From Dimorphilus gyrociliatus (Eukaryota; Animalia; Annelida), in assembly GCA_904063045.1 (NCBI GenBank), contig CAJFCJ010000005.1, positions 482,685-546,684 on the forward strand: 64,000 nt of DNA, given 5' to 3'. Position 1 is the first letter of the stretch, and each line of letters starts with the position of its first letter. Position numbers and translations under genes: made by a program. Positions 23,892 to 37,300 of this stretch are shown here, one piece after another. Below the pieces are notes generated by a model. That model had not been told where the DNA came from and did no database searches. It saw only the letters and a list, made by a program, of their open reading frames with translations.

Positions 23892-26053
23892 TTATGGAAA
23901 AATATGACAAACATAGACATTATTCAATAGGTCTGGCTTGCCTAGTTTTATATAAAAGTATATCTTTTTTATATCTATGTTTGTGAACTCTTCTTCACAA
24001 TTGAAATAATATGATTTGAAATTATCGTATGATCTTATTATTTTACTATTCTCACATCTTTCCGACTTATCTCCATTATTATAAAAGAAATTTACGTATA
24101 TATCATTTTCATCTTCATCATTAAACTTCATAGTGAGCTCGGCTTGCCTATCTTGAAGATCTATAAATTGATTGTTCAAACTATTTTCAGTTATTAGAAC
24201 AGTCGTATTCGTCAGAGGCACGCATGTCTCTACTAAATCATCCATAAGATTATTGATTGGTGTAAATGTGCACGGGGAATCTCCCATTCCAACCACTCTT
24301 CCCTCTAGTTTCATAAAAGCATGTTGGGAAATTTTAATCGATTAAATTTATTGCAGCATACCTTGATCATATACTTTGAAACTATTCATATTTCCTTCAT
24401 ACATGCTTTTCAGAGACAATTCGACAATGTCAAAACGAGAATTAATATTCATGGAAGCCGTGATGTTTTTTCCATAAGTATATCCTTCACCAAAGTTAAG
24501 CTTATCTTCAGAAAAGGTAAACCAATAGTTTTTAGTCCAGTTACATTCAATCAGAGCATTGTCAAATTGCAATGAGCTATTAGCTATTCGTATTTCTGAT
24601 TGGTTTCCGTATGGCACTGGAAGATCCATATTTATTCGAAACAGCTCCTTAACTACATTCATAAAGACAATAGTCAGACCTCCACAATACCCGGAAGAGT
24701 GAGTAGTAATTCCTTTGACGCTAAAGCTGAAAGCTGTAATATAATTTTGCAGCCTTTGAGGAAAATAGTAAGAAACGAAGTTGGTCGATTGAATTATAAA
24801 TTCTTTGTGATAAGTAACTGTAAAGTTATTTTAAATGAAACATATGCTATTAAATATCATCTGTTTTAAATGATAGGTGAATAAAGCTATACTTTGCGTA
24901 AAAACTTGTAAAAAGGCAAGTCCAAAATATGAATGTTGTGAATCATAGATTTCCATTATTGTAAGTTTAACTGATTCCTCATAGATTAGAGGATTGTGAG
25001 GAAAACAAACTCTTTTCATACTCTTTGGTAGTTGAAGATAATCTACCAGTCCTGAACTCCATTGTGCCTTGTAAATTTTAACATAATCTGGTCTGGACTC
25101 TCTGCTCAAGTGTGTCGGTAAGCAATTATTTATTTAATCATTTGAGCAAGAATACCTATTTGCGAGACAGATTTTCTCTGGTTTGTTTGGTATAGATAAC
25201 TTAAATGTTGCATAAACTCCCAAGCATGCTTCCGTAATACACGAAAGAGCCCATTCATATACATTAGAGCCATACGCTGAAAAGTGATCCATAGCTTGTG
25301 AACACAACCACGTTCCAGAAAAATCTAGAATAGAGCTCATGCAGCTAGCACCTGAAAACTTGTCAGCAATATTCGTCAAGTATGAATCACCCTTCCTTCT
25401 TTGCGTTGAATCTAGATGAAATATTGAAAAAAGACAGAATTTTAGAGAGTTGAAAGTTTTATTTTATCAATTTACTATCGTAAGTAAATGCCATTATTGA
25501 CCCAAAACCATAATCAAATTTCATAATTGTACTAGTTTCTAAAATTCGAATTTCAATCCAATCTGAGTTCTTTCCAATATCTTTTTCTAGTAGGACGCAA
25601 ATCTGATATTTGTCTTTTAAAGGAGAAATTGTCATAATTTTATTCGATCCGCCAAAAGTTACTTGAACTTTAGTTAAATAATAGTCTGGATGTAAAAGAC
25701 GTGTCTCAAAACATAGTTCTATTATATCGTATGTCTTGTCGAAGTTAACTTTAAGATTTTCTTGAGGGCAATTCACTGTAGACTGACAATGCGCAACCCA
25801 ATCTCTCTGATTTATCCAACTAGGTTTTAAAGCATTCTCACAAACAAATGTGTATACATTGCTTGGGTGGATTGAACTAGCAGAGCATGTTGCACCATTT
25901 GTCTCTAGTGCAGCGTTAATCAACCATCCATCTGCTAGACTAATAGCTTAAAGAAAATTACTTGATTAGTACAATAAAAAAGTGACCTGTATTGATGGAT
26001 GACCAAAGTGGAATAAGGGAATAAAATATCAACTGAAAAAACAATCTTTTCAT
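23892..26053 (-). CDS. Secreted multidomain protein: two discoidin/galactose-binding-like domains plus a putative FAMeT-like domain, about 6 exons
   Basis: Signal-peptide exon 26053-25987 (MKRLFFQLIFYSLIPLWSSINT), then in-frame exons from 25946 and 25411 onward. Two repeats of N.A....GA.C..SS...C..A....W. A later segment FSFSVKG...SEIRI...ECNWTKNYWFTFSEDKLNFGEG resembles the Methyltransf_FA layout (inference). Confidence 0.65.
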
Positions 26054-27084
26054 GTTATTCACATTCAATTTTCTTGAAAAGTTTCAATCTAAATCGCACA
26101 GTGCTGTGTCTTTTCTGAGTTGAATAGAAAATAAAATATATAAAGGAAATAGATACAAAATATTCAAATTTTAATATTTGATTAAAAGAAGTAAAAGGCA
26201 ATGAATGTTCATTCATTATTTTTTTATATCAATAAAAAATTAATGTTTTTATATGAGCTCTCTCTCTCTCTCTCTTTCTCTGTTGAAGTAACAACAAAGG
26301 CTAACCTAAAGTTCAAATGTTCATTATTTCACAATTCTTTTTAATTATTAATACTATAATTGTTCCATATTTTAGACCAGTATTGCTAGTGGTGATTATA
26401 CATTATTACACCTGTACAGGATGTATTTGCATAAACTTAATCTAATTTTCGTTTCCACATTAAACCAGTAATTTACATGTTATTTTATTTATTTATATTT
26501 ATTCTAAGCAATTAACTGTTGGTTATAAAACAGAATCTAATAGACCAATAAAAAGAAAGAACTGTTGATTTAACGTATAAAAAATCGATAAGGATCGTCA
26601 CACCTGCTAAAATAAATTCCTTTTAGTTGTTTTTATACAATTTTAATAAAATTTTTAATAAACTTTCTCTATTATTGTTTATATTTAAATAGAGAATATT
26701 ACTTTTTCATTCTTCTACACTATTTTAATAAATAAACAATAAACAATAACTTGAAATACATAAATGTATGATTCATATTATCTTTAATAAAATAGTCTTA
26801 TCTTTAGCTATCGCAAAAAAAGTTTAAAAGGAAGATAAATTAATCAATATTACAATATTGAATATCATATATCAGAGAATTCTGAAAAAGGATATGTACG
26901 GTTAAAGTTTATTCTCGTATTAACAAGATCAAAGGAAACAAAGGATAAATTTCTTTTCCATGCTCAAGCAAAGATATCTTCTTAATTATCTTGTTTTAAT
27001 GTTCATTAATATTGAATTAGTGAATGTGTTTCGTTCTGTTAACTAAGAGAAAAGTCGTTAATTAATTTCTTTTGAGAATTGACA

Positions 27085-29610
27085 ATGCTCATTCAATCTT
27101 TGGCCGAATTGAGTTTACAGATTGTAATTTTGAATTGGCAGTATGTTTTTAATAGATTTTGGAGAATTCGGAGGAATTTTACACTTCCATTTAAAATCTC
27201 TAATAAGCTGTTGAAATTAATTAGTGATCAGGAGAATGGTCTTCCCGATGAGTATTTACAATGGTTTACGTATGATAAATGCACTCTAAGTGTTGTGAAG
27301 ATATGCCTAAAAAATTTAAGTCATCCAAACTCGTTGAATCTGTTAAGGTATCATAAAATTAGGACTGTTGAATTATCTGGATTGACATTTTTCGATTTGA
27401 AAGACTGCCTAAGTGTTTTTGATAGTGAATCCTTAAGGGAGTTATCTATACAAGGATACCATAGAAATGAAAGTGATTCTGCTGATAAAGTTCACCTGAA
27501 CGCATTACATCTTTGCCGTTTTACGAACTTATTGAGTTTAAATATCCGTTGTACCTCTTTCCGAAATAGGGACTTGAAATTACTATCTCAAGAATTCCCA
27601 TTGTTAGAAGTATTTGATATAAGCAATACAGAAATAACGACGTGTAAATACATCTCCAGTATGAAAACACTAAAAAAATTGATTTGCGCCGGAATGAGGA
27701 ATGATTGTAAGATAAATATCTATCACCTACCTCTATTGGAATATTTGGATGCTTCTTGTAACAATTCCTATACCATCTCACCAATTTTCGTTAGTAATTT
27801 TCCAAAATTGAAATATTTGGAAATATTTGGCCTAGATTTTAGTCATAGATTACAAACTGAGTAAAGAAATTGTAACTTTATTAATGCTAAGTATTATCAT
27901 TATCATTGATTTTTTCTTTTCAGTACTTTCGAAGCTGAACATAAGAATCTTTACTACGAGAATTTTAGCTTTATTGATCCTGCTTTCAAGATTGAAAAAT
28001 ACCGGAAATATAAAGTAAAATATTACTAATTTTACATCTTTTTTAAAGTATCCTTCATATCAATTTCAATAGTCAAATAGATTGATAATGATTCAAAGAT
28101 TACTCAATAGTTTCTTATGGATAAATAGAAAGGGGAATTGCCATTTTTCCGAAGAGCTTCACGCCGAAATATTAAAATCAAGCAAGAAATGCGATCCTAT
28201 AGATCTTGATATACTTAGAGTAACTATCAATTAAATGTCCTCTATTTAAACCATTTAACTAACAAACTACTTTCAGCTGTTGATTAATCATTGTTATCTT
28301 TGTAATAAACTTCTGCTACCTGATAAAGTGTTTGATGATGTCATTTTGGGTATTTTCCAATTATTGAATGTTACTAAGATGCGAATTCCTCATGTAACAA
28401 TTATATCTATTATCAAAATATGGTTAAGGAAATGCTACGAAAGAAAGGATGTTCTATCATTCGTAGAAGGAACAATTTTAAAGAATTCAAATAGAAAACT
28501 ATCAATATTGGAATTGGTATGATTATTATTTCATTTTTAACTTGTTAACTTTATTAATAAATTATACAATTTTAGAAATATTTCGTTCAAATTATCATAG
28601 CAGTTTTGGATAAGAAGATAAATTTATCTTCTATTCTTTTCAATCGAATTTGCGAAATGGTTTGTAATGAAACGGTAATGAAGTTTATTCTTTTCAAAAC
28701 ATTCAATACAAACCTATATAATTGCTTTAATCATTTTATTAAAATCTTATAGTTTTCAATGGAGGATGCTGAAAATTTATCCAATAGAATAGTGGTTTTA
28801 TACAATTCAATGTTAACGGCTGGAGGAGGTGCGTTCCTTATTATATTTAATATAGCTTATTTTCGTATTTAATTTATTATAATAGGCTTATGAATTTTTA
28901 GATATAAGATACATGAAAATTATTCTCATTTTTATACGAAATTTTCCCCAATTATCGTCATCTTTAAGTATAAATCCTGTTTTTGAATTTTACGAAAATG
29001 TACCAAAGGTATCTATTAAGATAATCTTTGCTTCTTACGTTTATCTATTAATCTTTATAGGAAATGCCTATAAATCTTATGGATTTGAAAGCGAAAGAAT
29101 ACTCTTTAGAGATTATAGTGAGTTGTTATTGAAGAGGAAAAATGCATTGAATCCTAACGTTTATCTTTTCTTTTTTCTTTCATAAAGTATAATTTTGTAG
29201 CGTTTTCACATTCAATTTCGAGGTTAATCGACCATAGTCAAATGATGAAAAGGATAACTGAAGAGGTGAATTCGTCCTATTTCTCTCTAAGTCATTTAGC
29301 TTCCGGAATACTTTCTCATATTATTGTCTCTTGTGAGTATAGATAGTATGTTAATTAAAAGAATTCTAATTGTATCCGTCTTTCGTCAGGTTCTTCCGAA
29401 AATTACAAAGAGAGAAGATATCTATTTAATAGTTTCAAAATTACAAAAAGCAGTTAGTAGTAATTAATTAATTAATTAACTAATTAATCGTTTTTGTTCT
29501 TTTTTTTTAATTTAATAGTTATTATAAACAAGAAAGATAAAGAAAGTCTGACATCTTCTTTGAATGAACAGATATTTAAAGTGTGTTTTCAAATTACATC
29601 CATCTTTTAA
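27085..29610 (+). CDS. ZYG11/ZER1-family LRR-ARM protein (putative CRL2 substrate receptor), multi-exon
   Basis: N-terminal QSLAELSLQIV (BC-box-like), LPFKISNKLL, HKIRTVELSGL, LRR block, and a later exon SHLASGILSHII resembling the family ARM motif. First exon 27085-27860. The 3' end near 29610 is approximate. Confidence 0.72.
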
Positions 29611-30244
29611 CGATATCTCTTTTATTCAATATAGAAAGAAATTCAATTTTGGTCGAGAACGGATAGTCTAATTCTAGCTTACAGTTCTTTAGATTACTTG
29701 AAAAGTTTAATCTATTCAAAAATGAAAGGAGTTCAATTATGGGCTTTAATAACAATTCGTAATCTTTGCATTCAAAATAGTAAGTTATTATTAATTAAAA
29801 GGTAGAATAGTTGTAGTTATAGTTTTATTCTATTAACAGAAAAAAAGTATATTTCAAAAGTAAAACGTTTGAAACTACATGAAATGTTGGAAAAGAAGAA
29901 TTACCATCAACTTTTAAGCCATTACTCAGTTTTATTAATAATTGACATAATGGAATTACTTACAAATAATTAATTAAATATTTAAACAATCTATTCTATT
30001 TATTTCTATTTATATGATTATTATAACCTTGAAGATTATAAATAATTATATATACAGTATATATACACTTTTAATGCACAAATCAATGTTGATATTTATT
30101 TCTATACAGACAAATAAAAGTTATCTATATTTTAAAATAGAATTTGAGTTGATAGAAAGAATGAAATGACGTCTAAAACGTATAAATTAATAAATACTAT
30201 TTGAATGTTCAATCATGGGAATTTTAATGACTTTTAAGTAAAAG

Positions 30245-30248
<4 letters not shown>

Positions 30249-30285
<37 letters not shown>
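30249..30285. repeat. (TA)n microsatellite
   Basis: Directly visible. Shorter (TA)n tracts also occur near 9953, 23009, 31017 and 41016. Confidence 0.85.
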
Positions 30286-30291
<6 letters not shown>

Positions 30292-31381
30292 GTTACTCAT
30301 ATGCTGCGTATTGAATTTTCTAACCGAAAAATAATATTAAACACTATAAAACTGTTGCAAAAGTTTTCATCCAATACGTATAGACCTTTCATAATGATTC
30401 ACCAATAATATAACAAACGCAGTATATACAGTATATATTTATATAAAACAAATCTATTTAGCTCAGTCTTCTAATTAAAAGAAGATCTTCTCCTCCTATC
30501 ACTTCCTTAAATCGACTAATTAATAGGTCATTTAATTAATAATACAGGGAAAAGATTCTCTTTTTATAACATTTCAAAAGAAATTCAATAGAAGAGTATC
30601 AACCCAAGAGGATCGTTCTCTTGATTTGTTAGAAATATTATATATATTATATATATATATAGCTTCTATTCTACCTTTTAGACTAATGGCTAAAGTAGAA
30701 GAAAGATAGTAATAAATATGATACTAATGATAAATATTACGTATTTCTTTCAATTGTTTATTAAAAGATAAGAGATTATTGACAAATAACAAATAATGCT
30801 AATTAATTCATATAGAATTGATAAATATCGTTGTCTTTTATAAAAGTACAGTAAATATTATCATAAATTGAACGAGTTCCTTTTTCTATTCAATTCGATT
30901 TAAGTCATTCCTTATACAATAGAATACATTGAGATGATTCATAAGATCAGAATATGTAATTTATGTTGATAAAGGAATTCCGTCAAATATACTTACATCT
31001 ATATATATATACAGTATATATATATATATATATATTTATTTATATGTAGGTATAGATATATATATTTAAATACACTTCGTGTCTATTAGCGTGGTTTTAG
31101 GACTTTGAATACGGAATTGAATAAGTTTAATATTGAAAATATTCTATTCGATTTAATCGCTTTGGTAATATTTTGTGAAGTTAATTCATTTTCAGACGTT
31201 ATAGGCTTGATTGACTTATTTGAAATACTTTTGATCAAAGAAAATACACGCAAGGAATGCGCTATATCCAATATGAATTAGAATCATTTATATATCTATC
31301 AATAGTTTTGTTAACATCAATTCAATAAAATAAAAGGATAAACATCATTTTCTTTAAAGATAGTAAGCCACTTTTAACTAG

Positions 31382-34300
31382 ATGATGGATTATGAATATT
31401 CGATAGAGAATACTGGTTATTTGCAGGTAAAAATATCTGTAAATATCTATATTTTAGCAGTTGAATTCAATTTAGAACTTTCTTTACGCGAGTCGTAAAC
31501 AAAATTTTAAATGAAAGAGCTGAAAAGATCTGATAGAAAGAGGTGTGTACAGTATACTTGTATATACTGTATAACCAACTATGAATGCTATTCTATACAC
31601 TGCTTATCTATCTTAATGAACGTTATCATCATCCATTCATAAGAAACGTTCCTCCTTTCCTCGTAACATTTCTAATGCGTTCAATATAGTTAGATTACAG
31701 TGACATTGGCGTCAATAGAAAAATTTCTTAATATTCTTTTTAAAGGAAGAGAAGAATCTATTGAAAACTACTGAAGAAGAAAATTTGAATGAAAGTCAGA
31801 AAGGTCATCAAAGATCTAAAGGAGTTATTTCATTATTGATCTTTTTCTGTATTCTCTTTCTTATACTAACGATATCTGGTTTCTATCTGAAATATCAGAG
31901 GGGACTTCAACGAAAACAAGGTATTTTCATTAAAATTCTAAAAACTCTCTTCATAATTAATCTTATTAAATTTAATTAGATTTAATTAATGTCAACTTGA
32001 ATGGAAATAATTCAAGAGAATTACCTTTTTATAGCTCTCAATTAAAATCAATGAAATCTCAAGGTAAAATGATCCTATTTTATTTACTAAACAAACATAT
32101 CTCTCTTCCATTCTCTTCTAGTTCGTTTAATGAAACTTTTTATTAATTCTTTCACAGAATTCAATTGTTTTTTCAACAAGAAAACATGTTCAATTAGTTC
32201 AAGTGCGACTAATAAGAAAGTATCTTGGAGATATATGAATAATTCGAAAACAAATGAGAATTTTATCCTATCCAAGAATTATTATCCAAAAACTCAAATA
32301 GCAATAATCAACATTCCGTATTCAAGTAATAAACAATTTGAATGTTTATCATTCAATTATCAATTAAAAAGAGCACAATTATTTGTAAGAGATTTGTTAT
32401 AGTTTTTCAGCTTTTAAATGTTCTTTGTTCATTCATTTTTACTCTTTACTTTTTAGATTATTTTCAACGAAACCAATGGTCAATTTGGTCCAGTGACCTT
32501 TCCCTTAAAATACTTATATAATAGTAAGAAATGGGTAAAAGGTCAATATAGTCTGGACTCTGGTACCTATCAGGTTGATTAAAAGATAGATCAATATACC
32601 ATTAAGAATAATTGCTTTATTTTCAACAATATTTAAAAAACATATAGATTTCATTTAAAGTTATTCTAGACAACGTTTACGGGAAAATATCATCATATGC
32701 AAGGATTGGTTCATTTTCTCTACGGAAACAATGTAAAAAGGAATCTTTTACTAAAGGCAAGTCAAGTAACTTTTTATGTTTTTAACTAAACACACATCTT
32801 CTTTTTTACAGTTAAAACTAACAATTGTAAAATTTCAAATATCTTTTGCTATAAACTTATTAATGAACCTTTATCATCTTTCCAATGGATAATTGAGAGA
32901 AACGGTCAAAGTTTGTATTCTATTAAATATCATAGATACTTTCTTAGAAATGTAAAATATACTATTACTATTATGAATATAGATGATGTATACTTTATGA
33001 AGATTTCAAAGAGAAGTATACTTGGAGGAACAGCTGATATTATCTTACCAGAAATTAAAGAGAGAATTAACCATCAAAATTGTTTTTCATTCTCTATTCG
33101 TACATCGGAAAGTAGTTTGTCAATATCTTTAAAAGTTTTATTTATTAATTTAAAAGGCCATTTTATGAATTATACGATAATGTAATAATTAATTTGATCA
33201 TTCTCTTAACAAAGCGTATTTTTCTTTTATATTCATTCCCTGTAGGAATTCAAATGATTCTTTTCCTTCGTTAACAACATTTCATTATCATTTATCTACA
33301 AATTTTACAAAGGTAAGTAGAAGAGTAACATTTCTACATTGGAAAATATTGATGACAAACTTCATTTTATATCGAAAGATTCAATTCAGAGCAGAATCAT
33401 TTGGATTTTCTCATTCATTCATTGAATTATATAATATAACGTTTAAATCATCAATTTGTCCCGGAAGTATGTCAAACTAGGAAAATTTCTCTTCATATCC
33501 ACTTGATTGTTTCGTATTTTAATAGATAAATATTGGTCATTTAAAGATGATATTGAAAATATTAAAATGAATAGTTCATCAACAAATAAAGTCTTTAAAT
33601 GGATTTTTCATAATAAGAACAATCAGGATAGAAAGAGTTTTAAATATAGAAAACAACATTGTAAGATTTATATTGATAATTTCAATTACTGTTTATTAAT
33701 TCTTTTACAATAGCATTCGCTTCTCTAAATTTAAAGAAAGGAAATATTGGAGATATGGCTATTATAAATATATCTAGTTCTGGAATAAGTAACGGCTGTT
33801 TTTCATTAAAATATACCACTTACAGCTCAAATCAACAGTTTAATGGACTATTTTCAGTTGGTTTTACCATTTATATTGTGAAATATATCAATATTTATTT
33901 TAAATAGATCTATATTCGTACCGAAAAAATAACTTTTCATGTTTTTTCCATGAAAAAATCACTTAATTCAATTTGGAAAACTATTGATATACCCATTAGG
34001 CAGAAAAGTCAAAATGTATGATAAATACAACGTTTATTCATTCAATATTCCTTTATTATTTCTTATTTATTCAACAGGTAATGTTACAATTAGTTAAAAT
34101 CTTTCATGGAAATGACAGCTTTTTAGCTTTGGATAATCTCTATCTTAGAAATCAAAGTTGCAATACGATTAATACTTTAAGAGAAAGGAATTTGAATTTT
34201 TTAATGCCTAATGTTCATTTCTATTCAATAAATAGTACTGTAAATGAAAGGAAAAGTTTATGGGGAATTTTAGAAGATGATAACGATAAAACTATTCCCA

Positions 34301-37300
34301 GTTATAATTTAAACGGATATTTTCATCCGGAAGATAAAGATAAAGATATAATTTTGTATTCTCCAAAATTCAAGTTAAAAGAGGAAAGCTGTATGAATTT
34401 TCAAGTGAATTTACCAAGTCGAAAAGTGAAACTTACCTTAAAAATTCGAAGAGCTGGACAGATTAAATTTACGTGAGAAATTATTAAAACATTACCAGTT
34501 TATTTTGAACTTTATTTATAACATTTCAGAAATTTTATTAATGATTTCCATTGTTTTAACCATTCAAAAGTTACAATTGAAAAGAACGTTGAACAGGTAA
34601 ACTGTATATAATTTAACTAGAAACTTAACGTAACACATAAAGACATTGTCTGTTTCTTGCAGTTTTCATTCGTTTTAACCTATGTGGAAGAAGAAAATTC
34701 CAAAATTTATCATCAAGTCTCTATATATAAAATGTCAATAAGTGAAGGATATTGTGAGAATAATTCACCAGGTTAGAGATAGAAAACGTTGAAATGAAAA
34801 ATATAAGAATAAATCATGAACGTTTTCTGTCTTATTCAATTAAAATATTCATCGTATACATCATTGAAATCTATTCAATATACAGAATTTTGTAAATATA
34901 GTAACTTTCTATGCAAATATCAAGTCCATATGTCTCCTGAAAACATTTGGCATCCAAATTATGAAAGAATGGAATATTCAAATTACAAAAAATGTATATA
35001 CTTGTTGAATATTTATTATGATAATAACATTTTTCTTATCTATTTCAGGTGAATTTTACTTAGAATTCAATGGTTTTATGAAACAATCCTACTATTCTGT
35101 CATTGAAACGACAAAACTATTTGAAAAGCAACCGCATTGTATTACATTTTCAGCTATGAAAATTAATACATCCGATAAATGCAAACTTTATGTTTGTATT
35201 GAAATTTCCTAATAGTTTGTCTTATTATTTTTTTTTCAGATAAATCTAGTGGATAAGTTGAAAGTTAAGAGAAACTCTGCTAAAATATCTATACCATCTA
35301 ATATTTGGTCTAATATATCGATGATAGCACCTGCTAATACTTATTACAACGTAGTTTAAAAATGATAATCACATGTCTATATTCTGTATGACACTTTTCT
35401 CTACAGGTAAAACTAATCGGAAAGGGATGTAACGAATGGTTTAATATTCGAATAACAAATATTATATTGCGTAATAATTGTTCAATTATTGATCGAAATC
35501 TTACGGAAACAAGTCAGTATTAATAAATAATATATTATAGACATGATTATCAAGTTGACTTTTAAGGAATAGAATCGAAATTCTGCAAAACTTCAAAAGG
35601 ATATTGCGGATTTTATCCAAAAAATTATATAAATGGAATTAATAATTTCAAATGGATTCATTTAAATTACGATAGAAAATGTAAAGAATAAAATGAATAA
35701 TTGATAGATATTTACATATTTCTTATCTTCTTTTAGTCGGAAATAGCTTTCTTATTAAAAGTACTTGGAAAGAAAATCTTACAGCAAGCCTCCTATCTCA
35801 GCCATTCTCTAATGAAAGTAGTAATAAATGTTTAAGTTTAACTATAATTCAAAATCGTTTAGATGCAATGCCAGTTAAAGTTATATTTTTACCTTTAAAG
35901 TAAGTGTAAAATATCGTATAGTATTGAAAGTTTTAACCAGGTTTTTAGCTTTTCTTTTTAATTAATAGAAACGAATTTCTCTTTCAAAGTAAAATGCTAG
36001 AAAAAACAATCTTTCTAAATTTAAATAGAAAAGTTAATAGGGTAAGGAAAATCCTTTTAATTCATATTCATTTATAGGCCTTTCAATCATAATTTAATGT
36101 TTTGAATAGTTTAAAATAGCTGTTACTTCTTCGAATATCTTAACTGATCAATTAAAATTTATTAATATTACTATAAATAATGGAAAATGTCCAATTTGTA
36201 AGTAAAAATATAATTTGAATGATAATTATACTTTCTTTTATGTTATCGTTAAAGATAATCATCTAAAATTTGATCCTGATATGACATTTTGGAGTAATTC
36301 GACAAAAAAGACTTGTAAATGGTCAATTCATCCTATAAGTAATGGAGAATTTAGCCTAAGCCCATTTGTGTATCCTTGTTTCAAGGATGATACTCTTATT
36401 CTTAAAAGTCTTGAATTAAGTGATACAAGCAAATATATGAATTTTGGAGCTCAATTTGTTGGTAGATATACAATATTATCGGTAAATAATTTAATAATGA
36501 TTGCTATAAAATTGAAACAAAGTTTATAATTGAAACGATAAGGTTTTGTGGGAAATTGAAAGTAAAATATATTCTGCTGTTTCATTGAACGAACTATATT
36601 TTAGTTCAGAAAATATTAAATACTTTTCGTTAAAAGTACCGAAAAAACCATTTAAGGTTATGATTAATCATTCAATTAGTATTGCTAATAGAATATTCTT
36701 TTTAAAGATATTGTAAATACCTTTTAGATTATTTTCCATTTGGCTGTTTTATTAGATTTTCCAGAAGTTTATCTATTCGGTGTAACTTTTGGAAACCAAC
36801 CTCTTCATTCTAGTATAGTTGCTTTTGACGATATTGAAACTAGTAAGTTATAAATTATAGACTTTTAATAAATCTATTTTTCAAATGATTTTCATCTTTT
36901 CATTCATTCAAGAAAATATCAGCTGCAATTTTGAACATAGTAATTGCGGTTATTACAGTTTGAAGGGTAAACATAGCAATCTATACGAGCAGTTTTTTTG
37001 GAAAAGAGAAATTAATAGTTGATTATCAAATCAAAATTCTTTATTATACAAATGTTGTTATATGCTCAATTCTTCCAGATAATGGGAATTTTTCTATGGT
37101 TATTGAATATGAAAATAATTATTCTTCAATGACCTACTTAGCCGAATTGATATCACCTTATCTATTGATTAAAGATGCTAAATGTTTAACTTTTTACTTT
37201 GATAGGAATGATTATGGAATATCTTTACAATTGTTCATCAAACTAGATGGAGATAAAGAATTCAGGTAGTTTATTATATATTGAATTCTACTGACTGACT

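Noticed and set aside
29700-31300. Long AT-rich intergenic stretch with (TA)n tracts and ORF 31086-31271
   Set aside because: Low complexity, with no coding or structural signal I can support.
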